Shown here: positions 28,190 through 38,306 of the stretch, in pieces | How positions within the stretch are numbered: the stretch's first letter is position 1 | Layout of the letters: every line of letters starts with the position of its first letter | Source of the DNA: Chloroflexota bacterium | GTDB lineage: Bacteria; Chloroflexota; UBA6077; CF-72 | Assembly (NCBI GenBank): GCA_019239775.1 | Contig: JAFAZN010000363.1 | Span: 197-64,196 of the forward strand | Length of the DNA: 64,000 nucleotides | Direction: 5' to 3' | Program-made: the position numbers and the translations under genes | The notes under the pieces: generated by a model | What the model was told of the DNA's origin: nothing | Databases searched by the model: none | What the model saw: only the letters and a program-made list of their open reading frames with translations

Positions 28190-28777
28190 CTAGCGCGTGC
28201 TACGGGCGACGTGGAGCACGCGCTGGAGGACCGTCACCGTCGTGAGCAGGGTCAGCAAGACCAGGGCTAGCTCAAGGGCTAGCGGCGCTGCGGCGGCCAG
28301 GAGCAGGCCGAGGCCAAGAGTGATGATGCGCTCGGGGCGTTGGAACCAGCCTACGTCTTTGGCCTCCAGGCCGACGCCTTCGGCGCGGGCTCGGGAATAC
28401 GAAACCATCAGCGAACCGACCAGGGCCAGGTACGCGAGGATCACGCCTACCTGGTTCGAAGTCCAGAGGTAATACCAGAGCACTCCCAGGAAGACCGCCG
28501 CTTCGGCGTAGCGGTCGCACACAGAGTCCAGGAAGGCACCGAAGTTGCTCACGCGGTTTGTCGCGCGGGCAAGAGCGCCGTCGAGCGTATCGGTAGCGCT
28601 GAACGCAAACAGGCATAGGCCCGCCGCCAGGAACCAGCCCTGCGCCGCCAGCAGCCCAACGGACGCTGTGAGCAACGAGCCGACGACCGTCAGCGCGTTT
28701 GGTGTGAGACCGAGCCGGCCGAGAAACAGCGCCGGCCCAACAGCCAGCGTCCGAAAACGAACTTTGAGTTGTCGCAA
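28190..28777 (-). CDS. pgsA: CDP-alcohol phosphatidyltransferase (phosphatidylinositol-phosphate synthase-like)
   Basis: TPNALT and DTLDGALAR...GAFLDSVCDR signature; SYSRARAE. Confidence 0.88.
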   Translation of the reverse strand: MRQLKVRFRTLAVGPALFLGRLGLTPNALTVVGSLLTASVGLLAAQGWFLAAGLCLFAFSATDTLDGALARATNRVSNFGAFLDSVCDRYAEAAVFLGVLWYYLWTSNQVGVILAYLALVGSLMVSYSRARAEGVGLEAKDVGWFQRPERIITLGLGLLLAAAAPLALELALVLLTLLTTVTVLQRVLHVARSTR

Positions 28778-28790
28778 ACGTTCTTGTCAG

Positions 28791-29990
28791 TTAGACGCGC
28801 AGGAGGCCGGCCATGCGTCTCACGCGCGCGAAACGCACCCGCTGCGGCTCTGGCTCTTCCTCTCGGCGGGCAAGGACCTCCTGGTAATAGGAGAAGACCT
28901 GGGCAGCAACACGCGGCCAGTCGAAGCGCTGCGCCTTCTGCTGGCCTGCGCGCCGCATGCTGGCCCGCAGCTCGGTATTCGCCAGTAGACGTACCAGCGC
29001 ATCCGCAATCGCCTCAGGCTTCTGGCGCTCCACCAGGAGGCCTTCAACTCCATTGGTCACCACGTCGCGATACCCCGGAATGTCTGAGGCCACAATCGGC
29101 GCGCCTGCCGCCATCGCCTCCAACAGCACGATGCCAAACGACTCTTGGCCGGTATTTGGAGCACAGAAGACCGAGCACGCCTGGTAGTAGCGAGGCAGGT
29201 CCTCCGTCGCGACGTAGCCAGCAAACACGACGTCCTCGTCCGACCAACCCTGGCGCAGAGCGAAGCGTTTGTAACCCTCCAGCGGACGACCCCGGCCGAC
29301 CACCACGAGGCGCGCATCAGGAACACGCTGCAAGACCGACGGCCAGGCGCGCAGGAGGTAGCGCAGTCCCTTGCGTTTTTCCAAACGACCGACGAACAGG
29401 ACCGTCGGGCGCGAATCACCGAGCTCACCAAGAGGACTGAGAGGGGTGTTGAAGCGTGGAAAGTCGATCCCGTTAGGGATGATCTTGTAGTCGGCCGGAA
29501 AGTACTCGCCGACAAAGTCATGAGCCGCGGTCGAAACCGCGATGTGGCCGTGCAGCTTGCGGAAGAACGGCCTCAGGATCGGTTTGCCGTAGAAGTACGT
29601 GAGCGGCGTGTTGCGATACGCGTGAAACGTGCCGATGTTCGTGGTGTTCGAATGCCGCAGAACCGTGAGCGGCAACGCCGGCATCATCGGCTCGTGCAGA
29701 TGCACCAGGTCGAACTGTTCCTCCGCCAAAAGCCGCTTGGCCTGGAGATACGACCGCAATGAGAGCGTGATGCGCGCAACCGAGCCGTTGGCTGGAATCG
29801 ACACCACGCGGCCGATCCGATGCACGGGCGCATCGACTGAGGCCACTGGCTCAGTTTCGTCGTCTGACGACGGCGCAACGATGTGCACCTCGTTGCCCCG
29901 AGCCAGGAACTGCTCCGCGAGGTGGGAAACGTGCTCAGTGACGCCGCCGGGGTACGCGAAATCGTATGGGGAGACGAGCGCGAGTTTCAT
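28791..29990 (-). CDS. pimA: GT4 glycosyltransferase, PimA-like
   Basis: SPYDFAYPGGV, PANGSVAR, HLHEP, APNTGQESFGIVLLEAM, typical of PimA; sits between an acyltransferase and pgsA. Confidence 0.8.
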   Translation of the reverse strand: MKLALVSPYDFAYPGGVTEHVSHLAEQFLARGNEVHIVAPSSDDETEPVASVDAPVHRIGRVVSIPANGSVARITLSLRSYLQAKRLLAEEQFDLVHLHEPMMPALPLTVLRHSNTTNIGTFHAYRNTPLTYFYGKPILRPFFRKLHGHIAVSTAAHDFVGEYFPADYKIIPNGIDFPRFNTPLSPLGELGDSRPTVLFVGRLEKRKGLRYLLRAWPSVLQRVPDARLVVVGRGRPLEGYKRFALRQGWSDEDVVFAGYVATEDLPRYYQACSVFCAPNTGQESFGIVLLEAMAAGAPIVASDIPGYRDVVTNGVEGLLVERQKPEAIADALVRLLANTELRASMRRAGQQKAQRFDWPRVAAQVFSYYQEVLARREEEPEPQRVRFARVRRMAGLLRV

Positions 29991-30005
29991 AGTCGTCTCA
30001 CCCGG

Positions 30006-30932
30006 CTACGCTTCGGGCCAGCGCCGCTGGAAGACGGTCCATTGTTCTGGATGCTTGGCGACATAGTACTGCAGGCGTCCGGCCACAGCCTGAGTTAGAC
30101 GCAGCACATCCGTCTTGGTGTCGCCGCTGCGTTCGATCTCCGGAAGCGGTTCGAACCACGCGTCGAACCGACCTCCCTCCTTGCGGGCAGCCACCGCCGT
30201 GAGGATCGGCGCGCCGGTGCGCGACGAGAGCCAGCCAGCACCATCTGGAAAGCGTGTGGGTGCGTCGAAAAACTGAATGATCGGGCCAGTGCCGCTCACT
30301 TCCCGATCGGTTACCAGGCCGACCAGCTCGTTGCGCCGCAGCGCTAACAGCAGCTCGCGTACTGCTGACGAGCCCGCGGGCAGTAAGCGCGTGCCGTGCA
30401 CCTGGCGCTGCCGCGAAAAGAAGTCGAACACCTCGATTGGCTCGAACGGCTCGATGACGCCGGTGACCGGATAGCCGAGCGCGGGCAGGACCTGGGCGAC
30501 CAGGGCAACACTGCCGATGTGGGCGCCTGCGCAGATCACGCCGCGGCCGCCAGCGAGAGCCCGATCGAGGTGCTCGAGACCGTCAATGTCGACCAGGTCC
30601 AGCAGCTGCTGCCGCGTGAAGTGCGGAAGCGCGAGCGTGTCCCAGTAGTTCAGTGCGCCATGAAAGAACACACGCGCCACCTCACGGGTGGTGGGGTCGC
30701 GGCCCGTGACATGGCAGAGGTTGTCGCGCACAGCGGCACGAGCATCTGGACGGCTTGTATACCAGAGCGCGCCGACCAGCCGGCAGATGGGCTCGGCAAA
30801 CCGGTCGCGCCCCAGCACGCTCGTAGCGGCGTCCGCCGCGCGTAGGCCGGCAAGGTACAGGCGAACGACTAGGGGAATGCGTCGGCGTTCAGGCCGCGCT
30901 CTTGCGGCCACATGTGTCGGAACATGAACCAT
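30006..30932 (-). CDS. Lipid acyltransferase (PatA/HtrB family), copy 2
   Basis: GLEHLD..GRGVI..AHIG, LVTDR, FFD, HPEQW; start uncertain. Confidence 0.82.
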   Translation of the reverse strand: MVHVPTHVAARARPERRRIPLVVRLYLAGLRAADAATSVLGRDRFAEPICRLVGALWYTSRPDARAAVRDNLCHVTGRDPTTREVARVFFHGALNYWDTLALPHFTRQQLLDLVDIDGLEHLDRALAGGRGVICAGAHIGSVALVAQVLPALGYPVTGVIEPFEPIEVFDFFSRQRQVHGTRLLPAGSSAVRELLLALRRNELVGLVTDREVSGTGPIIQFFDAPTRFPDGAGWLSSRTGAPILTAVAARKEGGRFDAWFEPLPEIERSGDTKTDVLRLTQAVAGRLQYYVAKHPEQWTVFQRRWPEA

Positions 30933-31750
30933 TGGTCGGGGTACCGACGAATAATGCCCTCCAACCAGCTCATGATGCCTTGCATCATCACCGACACGTC
31001 GTCGCCGCGCTCGCCAACGATCGGCGGCCCGATGTGCGCGACGTAGCCGTTTCCTCGGGGATCACGCACGAGCGCGGCCGGCACGACGGGGGAACCGGTG
31101 CGCAAAGCCAGCGTGGCGGCGCCGCCGGGGACCCGTGTACCGCGACCGAAAAACGTGACCGGGACGCCGTCTGCCTCCATCGGGCGATCCACCAGGACAG
31201 CAAGGCCCTCCTGCTTGCGCAGTGCGGCGAGCATTTCACGCGGCCCGTTTTCGATGGGTATGGCTTTGACGCCAGCGGCGATGCGCGTGCGCTGGACGCG
31301 CTCGTTCCACCGCTCGGGCTTGAGCGTTTCGACTAGCGCGCTTACCGGCCGACCGCGCGCGGCGAAGGCGGCGCCGGCCATATCCCAGTTGCCGATGTGG
31401 CCGGTCGCGAACACCACGCCTTTGCCAACGCGGTAGGCCGCATCCACGTGCTCCCATCCCTCGACGCGGACGTTGTGCACAAACTCCGAGGTATCGAGAT
31501 GGGGCAGTCGCACCAGGTCGATCATGTAGCGCGCGTAATTGGCGAACGCCGCGCGCGTGAGACGCGCAGCCTCACGCGGATCGGCCTGTGGCCCAAGCAC
31601 CTGATGCATGTTGTCGGTGGCGCGACGCAGGTAACCGCGTGCAAACAGCGCCAGCGCGATCGGCGTGCACCAACCGACCAGCCGATAGGCAATACTCACC
31701 GGGACAAAACGCATCAGGACGGTCCCCATCACGTGGACCCAGTAGATCAT
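30869..31750 (-). CDS. Lipid acyltransferase (PatA/HtrB family), copy 1
   Basis: GKGVVFATGHIGNWD, LVDR, VTFFG, YPDQW. Confidence 0.88.
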   Translation of the reverse strand: MIYWVHVMGTVLMRFVPVSIAYRLVGWCTPIALALFARGYLRRATDNMHQVLGPQADPREAARLTRAAFANYARYMIDLVRLPHLDTSEFVHNVRVEGWEHVDAAYRVGKGVVFATGHIGNWDMAGAAFAARGRPVSALVETLKPERWNERVQRTRIAAGVKAIPIENGPREMLAALRKQEGLAVLVDRPMEADGVPVTFFGRGTRVPGGAATLALRTGSPVVPAALVRDPRGNGYVAHIGPPIVGERGDDVSVMMQGIMSWLEGIIRRYPDQWFMFRHMWPQERGLNADAFP

Positions 31751-31811
31751 TCGTGGCGCACGTTATTCGGTTACACCGCCGTGCGACAAGTCGCTTTGTT
31801 ACACTTGGCGC

Positions 31812-32931
31812 GTGCCTGCGGAAGAACTGATTGCTTCGCTTCAGGGGCTTCACAGTCGTATTTCCACGTTGCTGGTGCGTCTTTGACGCGACTGGCAAAC
31901 AGGCACGTCTGAACGAGCTCGATCAACAGGCTGCATCGCCAGATCTCTGGACGGATCAAACGAGCGCACAACAGGTCATGCGCGAGCTGGCAACGCTGCG
32001 TGAGGAGCTCGATCCGTGGCTCGCGGTGGAACGTCGCACGAAAGACACGTTGGAGTTGGTAGAGCTCGCTGCCCTCGAAGAGGATCAGGGGATTCTCGAT
32101 GAGGCACAGCGTGACGCGGACGCGCTCGCCAAAGAAGTCGACGAGCTCGAATTCAAGCTCCGCCTGAATGGGCCCTACGATCGTTCAGACGCGATCATGA
32201 CGATCACTGTCGGACTGGGCGGCGTGGACGCCCAGGATTGGGTGCAGATGCTGATGCGGATGTACCTGCGTTGGGGCGAACGTCGCAAGTTCCAGACTGA
32301 AGTTTTGGACCTGGCGGAAGGTGAAGAGGCCGGCTACAAATCGGTGACGATCACGCTGCGCGGGCAGTACGCCTACGGCTATCTGAAAGGGGAGCGCGGC
32401 AACCATCGACTGGTGCGGTTGTCGCCATTCGATCAGGCGCATCGGCGCCAGACCTCGTTTGCCCGAGTCGAAGTCATGCCGGACGTCGGCGAGGCCGCGC
32501 CCATCGAGATCCGCGACGAGGACGTGGAATTCGAGGCGTATCGCTCGGGGGGTCCGGGCGGACAGAACGTCAACAAGGTCAGCACCGCCGTCCGACTCCG
32601 CCACAAGCCGACGGGCATCGTCGTCACGGCGCAAACGGAACGCTCGCAACTGCAGAACCGCGAGAACGCGATGCGGTTGCTCAAGAGTCGCCTGGTCGAA
32701 ATGGAGCTGGAAAAGCGCGAAGGTGAGCTTGCGCAGCTGCGCGGCGAGCATATCGACGCAAGCTTCGGGACCCAGATCCGCAGCTATGTGCTGCACCCCT
32801 ACACCATGGTCAAGGACCTGCGGACCGAGTTCGAGACGAGCGACGTGAACGGCGTGCTCGACGGCGACCTCGACGGGTTTATCGAGGCCTACCTGGCCTG
32901 GAGCGTGGGACGTGCCGCCGAAGCAGCGTGA
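31812..32931 (+). CDS. prfB: Peptide chain release factor 2 (programmed +1 frameshift)
   Basis: GTG 31812 frame ends at CTT TGA C (31881-31887); the +1 frame continues with the SPF and GGQ motifs. Confidence 0.97.
31873..31887 (+). promoter_or_regulatory. prfB +1 frameshift cassette
   Basis: Internal SD-like TGGTG, then cgt, then CTT TGA C. Confidence 0.9.
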
Positions 32932-33571
32932 AATTGTTGTGGTCGATTATGACGCAGGCAATCTGCGTAGCGTTCAGCGGGCGCTGGAAGCTATGGGCCA
33001 ACACGTACGCGTGACGCCGGATCCGCGTGAAGTGCACCGCGCTGAAGCGCTCGTGCTGCCCGGCGTTGGCTCGGCCCAGGACTGCATGCGGAAGCTCGAA
33101 GAGCGCGACCTGATTGCGCCGCTGCGGGAGTATGCCGCGTCGGGAAAGCCGTTCCTCGGCGTCTGCGTAGGCCTTCAACTGCTGTACGACGGATCGGAAG
33201 AAGGCGGTGGCGTCGAGTGCCTGGGCATCCTACACGGCACCGTTCGCCGCTTTCCGGCAGAGGCTGGCCTCAAGGTGCCGCAGATCGGTTGGAACTCGAT
33301 TACGCTGCGGCGCGAGCACCCACTGCTCGACGGCGTGCCTGATCGGACGTACTTCTACTTCGTCCACTCTTACTACGCCGACCCCGCTGACGCCGAAACG
33401 ATAGTTGCGACGGCCGAGTACGGACTGGACTTTGCAGCCATCGTTGCGCAGGACAACGTCGTCGCGACGCAGTTCCATCCCGAGAAGAGCGCGGATCTCG
33501 GCCTGCGGCTGTATGCCAACTTCGGCCGCATCGCGGCAGGCAACGATGTTTACGCCTATTCCCGCGATTGA
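32912..33571 (+). CDS. hisH: Imidazole glycerol phosphate synthase, glutaminase subunit
   Basis: [32 protein letters not shown]. Confidence 0.96.
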   Translation: MPPKQREIVVVDYDAGNLRSVQRALEAMGQHVRVTPDPREVHRAEALVLPGVGSAQDCMRKLEERDLIAPLREYAASGKPFLGVCVGLQLLYDGSEEGGGVECLGILHGTVRRFPAEAGLKVPQIGWNSITLRREHPLLDGVPDRTYFYFVHSYYADPADAETIVATAEYGLDFAAIVAQDNVVATQFHPEKSADLGLRLYANFGRIAAGNDVYAYSRD

Positions 33572-34259
33572 CATACGCGGTGGGCGCTGCGTGCGCCTGG
33601 TCCAGGGTGACTTCGGGCGCGAGACGCGCTACGCGGACGACCCCGCGGAGATGGCGCGGCACTGGCAATCCCTCGGCGCGCAGCGCTTGCACGTGGTGGA
33701 CCTGGACGGCGCCCGTAACGGCGTGCGTGCTAACGCGGCCGTCATCGCCAAGCTTCTGCGAGGGATGGCCATCCCGGTGCAGGTTGGCGGTGGTGTGCGT
33801 TCGCTGGAGACGGCGCGCGCGCTGCTGGAGGAGGGTGCAGATCGCGTGATCATCGGAACGCGCGCGGCAGAGGATCCCGATGCACTTTCTGAATGGGTTG
33901 CTGCAATCGGCTCCGAACGTGTGGTCGTCGGCGTGGATGCGCGGGATGGTCGCGTGGCGACCCACGGCTGGACGACCGCGACGGACCATCATGTGCTTGA
34001 CTTCTGTCAACAGTTGTGCGAACTCGGTGTCAAACGGGTGGTTTATACAGATGTGGGGCGGGATGGTGTCCTTGGCGGACCGGACATACTGACCACGCAG
34101 GCGCTGGCCAAATACGTCGCGGTGATCGGCAGCGGTGGCGTGTCGAGCGTGGAGCACCTGCGCGCGCTGGCTAACGCAGGCGCCGAGGGCGCGATCATCG
34201 GCACCGCGCTCTACCAGGGGCGACTCAAACTTGAAGATGCGTTGGAAGTGGCATGCTGA
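33546..34259 (+). CDS. hisA: ProFAR isomerase
   Basis: [29 protein letters not shown]; start ATG 33546. Confidence 0.95.
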   Translation: MFTPIPAIDIRGGRCVRLVQGDFGRETRYADDPAEMARHWQSLGAQRLHVVDLDGARNGVRANAAVIAKLLRGMAIPVQVGGGVRSLETARALLEEGADRVIIGTRAAEDPDALSEWVAAIGSERVVVGVDARDGRVATHGWTTATDHHVLDFCQQLCELGVKRVVYTDVGRDGVLGGPDILTTQALAKYVAVIGSGGVSSVEHLRALANAGAEGAIIGTALYQGRLKLEDALEVAC

Positions 34260-35017
34260 CCCGGCGCATCATCCCGTGCTTGGACGTCGCCGACGGCAAG
34301 GTCATCCGCGGAGTCAAGTTTTCCGCCGACCGTGTCGTCGGAGACCCCGTTGAGCTAGCCGCGGAGTACAACCGCCAGGGTGCCGACGAGCTCGTCTTCT
34401 ACGACATCACGGCCTCTGCCGAGAATCGTGGCTTGATCGTGGACGTGCTGCACCGAACGGCTGGCGAGGTGTTCATTCCGTTGACCGTGGGAGGTGGCGT
34501 GCGCACCAGCGACCAGATGCGCGACCTCTTGCGCGCCGGCGCAGACAAGATCAGCATCAACACCCAGGCAGTGCTGAATCCTGACCTGATCGCCGAGGGC
34601 GCCGATCGGTTTGGCTCGCAGTGCATCGTGCTTTCGATGGACGTGCTGTGGAACGCGGAACGCGCGTTTTACGAAGTCGTCACCCATGGCGGCCGCAACC
34701 GCACTGGCATGGATGCTCTGGACTGGGCGCATCGCGGGGTCCAACTCGGGGCCGGCGAGTTGGTAGTCAACAGCATCGACGCCGATGGCACGCACGAGGG
34801 TTACGAGCTGCGCTTGACACGGTCGATTGCCGACGCAGTCTCCGTCCCGGTCGTTGCCAGCGGTGGCGCCGGCAGTCCCCAGCACATGTACGAGGTGCTG
34901 AGCGAAGGTCACGCCGACGCTGCGCTAGCGGCGGGCATCTTCCACTTTGGTGAGTTCACCGTGGCGGACGCGAAGCGCTACCTTGCCGATCGCGGCGTGG
35001 CGGTCAGACCTGCATGA
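34253..35017 (+). CDS. hisF: Imidazole glycerol phosphate synthase, cyclase subunit
   Basis: RIIPCLDV, GADELVFYDI, NSIDADG, ASGGAG. Confidence 0.97.
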   Translation: MLTRRIIPCLDVADGKVIRGVKFSADRVVGDPVELAAEYNRQGADELVFYDITASAENRGLIVDVLHRTAGEVFIPLTVGGGVRTSDQMRDLLRAGADKISINTQAVLNPDLIAEGADRFGSQCIVLSMDVLWNAERAFYEVVTHGGRNRTGMDALDWAHRGVQLGAGELVVNSIDADGTHEGYELRLTRSIADAVSVPVVASGGAGSPQHMYEVLSEGHADAALAAGIFHFGEFTVADAKRYLADRGVAVRPA

Positions 35018-35634
35018 ATATCGCCGACTTGAACTATTCGATGGGCGGCCTGTTGCCCGTGGTCGTGCAGCACCACGTTTCGGGGCAGGTGCTCATGGTG
35101 GGCTTTGCCAACGCCGAGGCAGTGCGCAAGACTATCGAGACTCGGCACGCCTGGTTCTTCAGCCGCAGCCGCCAACGCCTGTGGGAAAAAGGCGAATCCA
35201 GCGGCAACTTCCTCGATCTCCACGGCGTTCGTGTGGACTGCGACGCGGACGCATTGATCTATCTGTGCGAGCCGCACGGCCCGACGTGCCATACAGGCGC
35301 GCCGAGTTGCTTCTTCAACACGGTAGACGACGTTCCCGTGGCGGAGACCAGCGGTGAGGCGGCAGCGCACCTCTTCACCACGATCCTGGAACGACAGCGC
35401 GCGGGTGACCCAAACACGTCCTACGTGGCCAAACTCCTGCACGATGGGGTGGACCGGGTCGCGCAAAAAGTGGGTGAAGAGGCTGTTGAGACGGTCATCG
35501 CGGCGAAGAACGCCGATCGTGAGGAAGTTGCCCGCGAGGTTGCTGACCTCTGGTTCCACTCGTTCATCCTGCTCGCGCAGCAGGGCATGACGCCCGAGGA
35601 TGTCTGGCAGGTGCTGCAGCTAAGAAGGCGGTAG
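35014..35634 (+). CDS. hisIE: Bifunctional phosphoribosyl-AMP cyclohydrolase / phosphoribosyl-ATP diphosphatase
   Basis: KGESSG, DCDAD, CHTG..SCF, KVGEEAVE, EVADL. Confidence 0.96.
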   Translation: MNIADLNYSMGGLLPVVVQHHVSGQVLMVGFANAEAVRKTIETRHAWFFSRSRQRLWEKGESSGNFLDLHGVRVDCDADALIYLCEPHGPTCHTGAPSCFFNTVDDVPVAETSGEAAAHLFTTILERQRAGDPNTSYVAKLLHDGVDRVAQKVGEEAVETVIAAKNADREEVAREVADLWFHSFILLAQQGMTPEDVWQVLQLRRR

Positions 35635-36654
35635 CAGCGGAGGTATCGGCGCGGGCAGGTCGTCCAGGGTGACCTCGCTGAAGTCGTCAGTCGACAGCGG
35701 CCGCTGATCGCCTTCTTTTTGAAGGAGCTCGGTCATCGAAGCGATGGCAACTTCCATCTGCGACTCGTCCGGATAGCGCGTGGTGAGAGCCTGCAGCAGC
35801 AGCCCGGGCGCAACGATAATTTTCATGAACGCGCTATCCGGGTACTTGCCGCCAAGGCGCAGCAGCTCGTACGCGATGCCAGCAATAACGGGGATCAGCA
35901 GGATGCGCGAGAGTACGCGTATCCACCAGTCCGGCGTGCCGAGAATCGCAAACAACACGATCGAGATCGCCACGACTTCGAGCAAGAAAGCCGTGCCGCA
36001 CCGCGGATGCGCCGGCGAGTATTTGCCGACGTGCGGTGGATCGAGCGGGTCGTTGTGCTCCCAGGCGTGAATGGTCATGTGCTCGGCGCCGTGATATGCG
36101 TAGACTCGCTTGACGTCGGGCATGGTGCCAATCAAAGCCACGTAGCCGACGAGCAGGAAAAGACGAATCACGCCTTCGGAGAGGTTGCTCCAGATCGAGC
36201 TCGAACCGCCCAGCACACGCTCGGCCAGACCTACCACGGCAAGAGGTGTGACAAAGAACACGCCAATGCCAAATGCAAGGGCAACAACGACCGTCGTCCA
36301 CGCGAGTGGCTTGCTCAAGCTCGCGCCCTGCGATTGGCCGTCGCTTTCCTCGGGTTCCGCCGCCATTTGCACGTCGGCTGAGAACATCAACGCCTGCATG
36401 CCTAAACCGAGTGCATCCCAGAGCATGGTCATGCCGCGCACGAGCGGGATTTTCTGGATGATGCCGCCGTACAGGTGCTTCGGCAGCGGGCGCGAGGTGA
36501 CGATGATGTTCTTGTCGGGAGCCCGCACCGCGACCGACATATACGTTCGGCCGCGCATCATCACCCCCTCCAGAACGGCCTGACCGCCGTACGAGATCTT
36601 CGGCGTCCGCTTCTGCGTGTTGCCGGATGCCTCGACGGCGGCCTGTGCATTCAT
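35620..36654 (-). CDS. DUF1385 (YqhQ-like) membrane protein
   Basis: GGQAVLEGVMMRG, YHGAEH, HPRCGT; downstream of rpmE. Confidence 0.9.
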   Translation of the reverse strand: MNAQAAVEASGNTQKRTPKISYGGQAVLEGVMMRGRTYMSVAVRAPDKNIIVTSRPLPKHLYGGIIQKIPLVRGMTMLWDALGLGMQALMFSADVQMAAEPEESDGQSQGASLSKPLAWTTVVVALAFGIGVFFVTPLAVVGLAERVLGGSSSIWSNLSEGVIRLFLLVGYVALIGTMPDVKRVYAYHGAEHMTIHAWEHNDPLDPPHVGKYSPAHPRCGTAFLLEVVAISIVLFAILGTPDWWIRVLSRILLIPVIAGIAYELLRLGGKYPDSAFMKIIVAPGLLLQALTTRYPDESQMEVAIASMTELLQKEGDQRPLSTDDFSEVTLDDLPAPIPPLLPPS

Positions 36655-36676
36655 ATGGGAGTGCGAAAAGGGTCGA

Positions 36677-36886
36677 CTAGCGCTTCTTGGCCTGCTGCAG
36701 ACGCCGCTGGAAGCGCTCTACCTGCCCAGCCGTATCAACCAGGCGTTGCTCGCCAGTGAAGAACGGGTGGCAGGCCGAACAAACGTCGACGTGCAGACGC
36801 TCCTTGGTCGATCGGGTCTGCCAGGAATTGCCACAGCCACAGGTGACCGTGGCCTCTTTGTATTCGGGATGGATGCCAGCTTTCAT
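36677..36886 (-). CDS. rpmE: 50S ribosomal protein L31 (Zn-binding form)
   Basis: [12 protein letters not shown]...[10 protein letters not shown]. Confidence 0.97.
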   Translation of the reverse strand: MKAGIHPEYKEATVTCGCGNSWQTRSTKERLHVDVCSACHPFFTGEQRLVDTAGQVERFQRRLQQAKKR

Positions 36887-36902
36887 GTGATGCTTCGATT
36901 TC

Positions 36903-37160
36903 TCACGCGACCGCGTAAACGCTGATGCGCTTGCGCTCCTTCGTTGCTTGCTCGAACCGTACTTGTCCGTCGATTAAGGCGAACAGTGTGTGGTCGCGGC
37001 CTATTCCTACGTTGCGACCCGGCTTTACTACGGTGCCTCGCTGGCGCATCAGCACCGAGCCTGCACGCACAACGTCGCCGTCGCCGCGTTTGACGCCGAG
37101 CCGCTGGCCTGGACTGTCGCGGCCATTGCGCGAGCTACCGACCCCTTTCTTGTGTGCCAT
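36903..37160 (-). CDS. rpmA: 50S ribosomal protein L27
   Basis: [16 protein letters not shown] from ATG 37160. Confidence 0.97.
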   Translation of the reverse strand: MAHKKGVGSSRNGRDSPGQRLGVKRGDGDVVRAGSVLMRQRGTVVKPGRNVGIGRDHTLFALIDGQVRFEQATKERKRISVYAVA

Positions 37161-37167
37161 TGGTGTT

Positions 37168-37512
37168 CTATGCCTCCGATGGGGCGGACTGCCCGTCAAG
37201 CACGATGTCCGTGATGCGTACTCGGGTCAGCGACTGGCGGTGACCGGTCTTGCGGCGATAACGGACCTTCGACTTGTAGCGAAAGACGATGATCTTCTCG
37301 CCGCGCGCGTGCTCGACCACCTCAGCTCGAACCACGGCGCCATCCACGCCGGGTGCGCCGACCCGCGTTTGACCTTCGCCGTTATCGGCGACCAGGAGCA
37401 CTCGCCCAAGGTCGAGTACATCGCCCGGCTCACCATGGAGCCGTTCAACCGCAATGGTGTCGCCAGTTTTGACGCGGTACTGCTTTCCGCCGGTTTCGAC
37501 AATGGCGTACAT
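37168..37512 (-). CDS. rplU: 50S ribosomal protein L21
   Basis: [12 protein letters not shown]...GHRQ. Confidence 0.97.
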   Translation of the reverse strand: MYAIVETGGKQYRVKTGDTIAVERLHGEPGDVLDLGRVLLVADNGEGQTRVGAPGVDGAVVRAEVVEHARGEKIIVFRYKSKVRYRRKTGHRQSLTRVRITDIVLDGQSAPSEA

Positions 37513-37606
37513 CGTTCAGTTCTCCGACCCCGGGTGATTGTTTCGACGGCGTACAAGAAGACGCCGCGGGCACTGCTACGCACAGCCACGCGGCTTGGAG
37601 AGTATA
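37513..37606 (-). promoter_or_regulatory. rplU promoter and structured 5' leader
   Basis: -10 TATACT (37601-37606), followed by a GCCGCG...CGCGGC hairpin (37563-37594). Confidence 0.45.
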
Positions 37607-37715
37607 CACATTCACTTCGCCACGGGCTCTCGTGCGCGCAGATCAAGGCACTATCGGCTGGGGGCCCTCGAACCTTGGGCGGAGGAGACCTCCCGTATCG
37701 GACGGACCCTGTCTC

Positions 37716-38306
37716 TTACGCGGGCTCCGGCTCGGGCAATGTTGGCAGCTCTTCGATGGAGCGCAAACCCAGGTACTGCAGGCAGTCGGGCGTGATGGCC
37801 AGCAGTGCGGGGCGACCGGCCGTTTCACGTCGGCCAACTTCGGCGACGAGGCTGCGTCCGAGCAACGTAGCCACAGCACTATCGGAGTTGACGCCACGAA
37901 CGGCGTCGATCTCACCGCGAGTGGCTGGACCGCGGTACGCGATCACGGCGAGCGCTTCGAGCGCGGCGCGCGACAAACGCACCGGTGGCGGGGCGCCGAG
38001 ATAGCGTTCGATGACTGGCGTCGAACTGGGCGCGGTGGTCAGCTGCAAACGGTCCGGGCCGCGCTGTAGCGCCAGGCCCAGCGGCGGCTCCTGGTCGAGT
38101 ACCTCGCACACACGCTCGAGGTGCTCGGGTTCGATCTCGAGCAGGCGCGCGGCGTCGTCTGGAGTGAGCGGCCCGGCAGCCGCGAACAGCAGTGCGACGA
38201 GGTGGCCAGCCAGCTCGGCATCGGTGATTTCACCTGGGTGCAGCAACACCAGAGTCGAGCCCTCATCGGACCGCGGGCGGCTGCGCGCACTCTCAATCCT
38301 GGACAC
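37716..38306 (-). CDS. scpB: SMC-Scp complex subunit ScpB
   Basis: ALLFAA, LSRAALEALAVIAY..P.TR.EI..VRGV, GRP, LEELP-like end; GTG 38306 follows TATACT. Confidence 0.9.
   Translation of the reverse strand: MSRIESARSRPRSDEGSTLVLLHPGEITDAELAGHLVALLFAAAGPLTPDDAARLLEIEPEHLERVCEVLDQEPPLGLALQRGPDRLQLTTAPSSTPVIERYLGAPPPVRLSRAALEALAVIAYRGPATRGEIDAVRGVNSDSAVATLLGRSLVAEVGRRETAGRPALLAITPDCLQYLGLRSIEELPTLPEPEPA

Noticed and set aside
28100-28190. Integrated element at tRNA-Arg
   Set aside because: No integrase, duplicated att sequence or composition shift seen.
31812-31887. prfB as a frameshifted pseudogene
   Set aside because: Matches the canonical programmed CTT TGA C frameshift.
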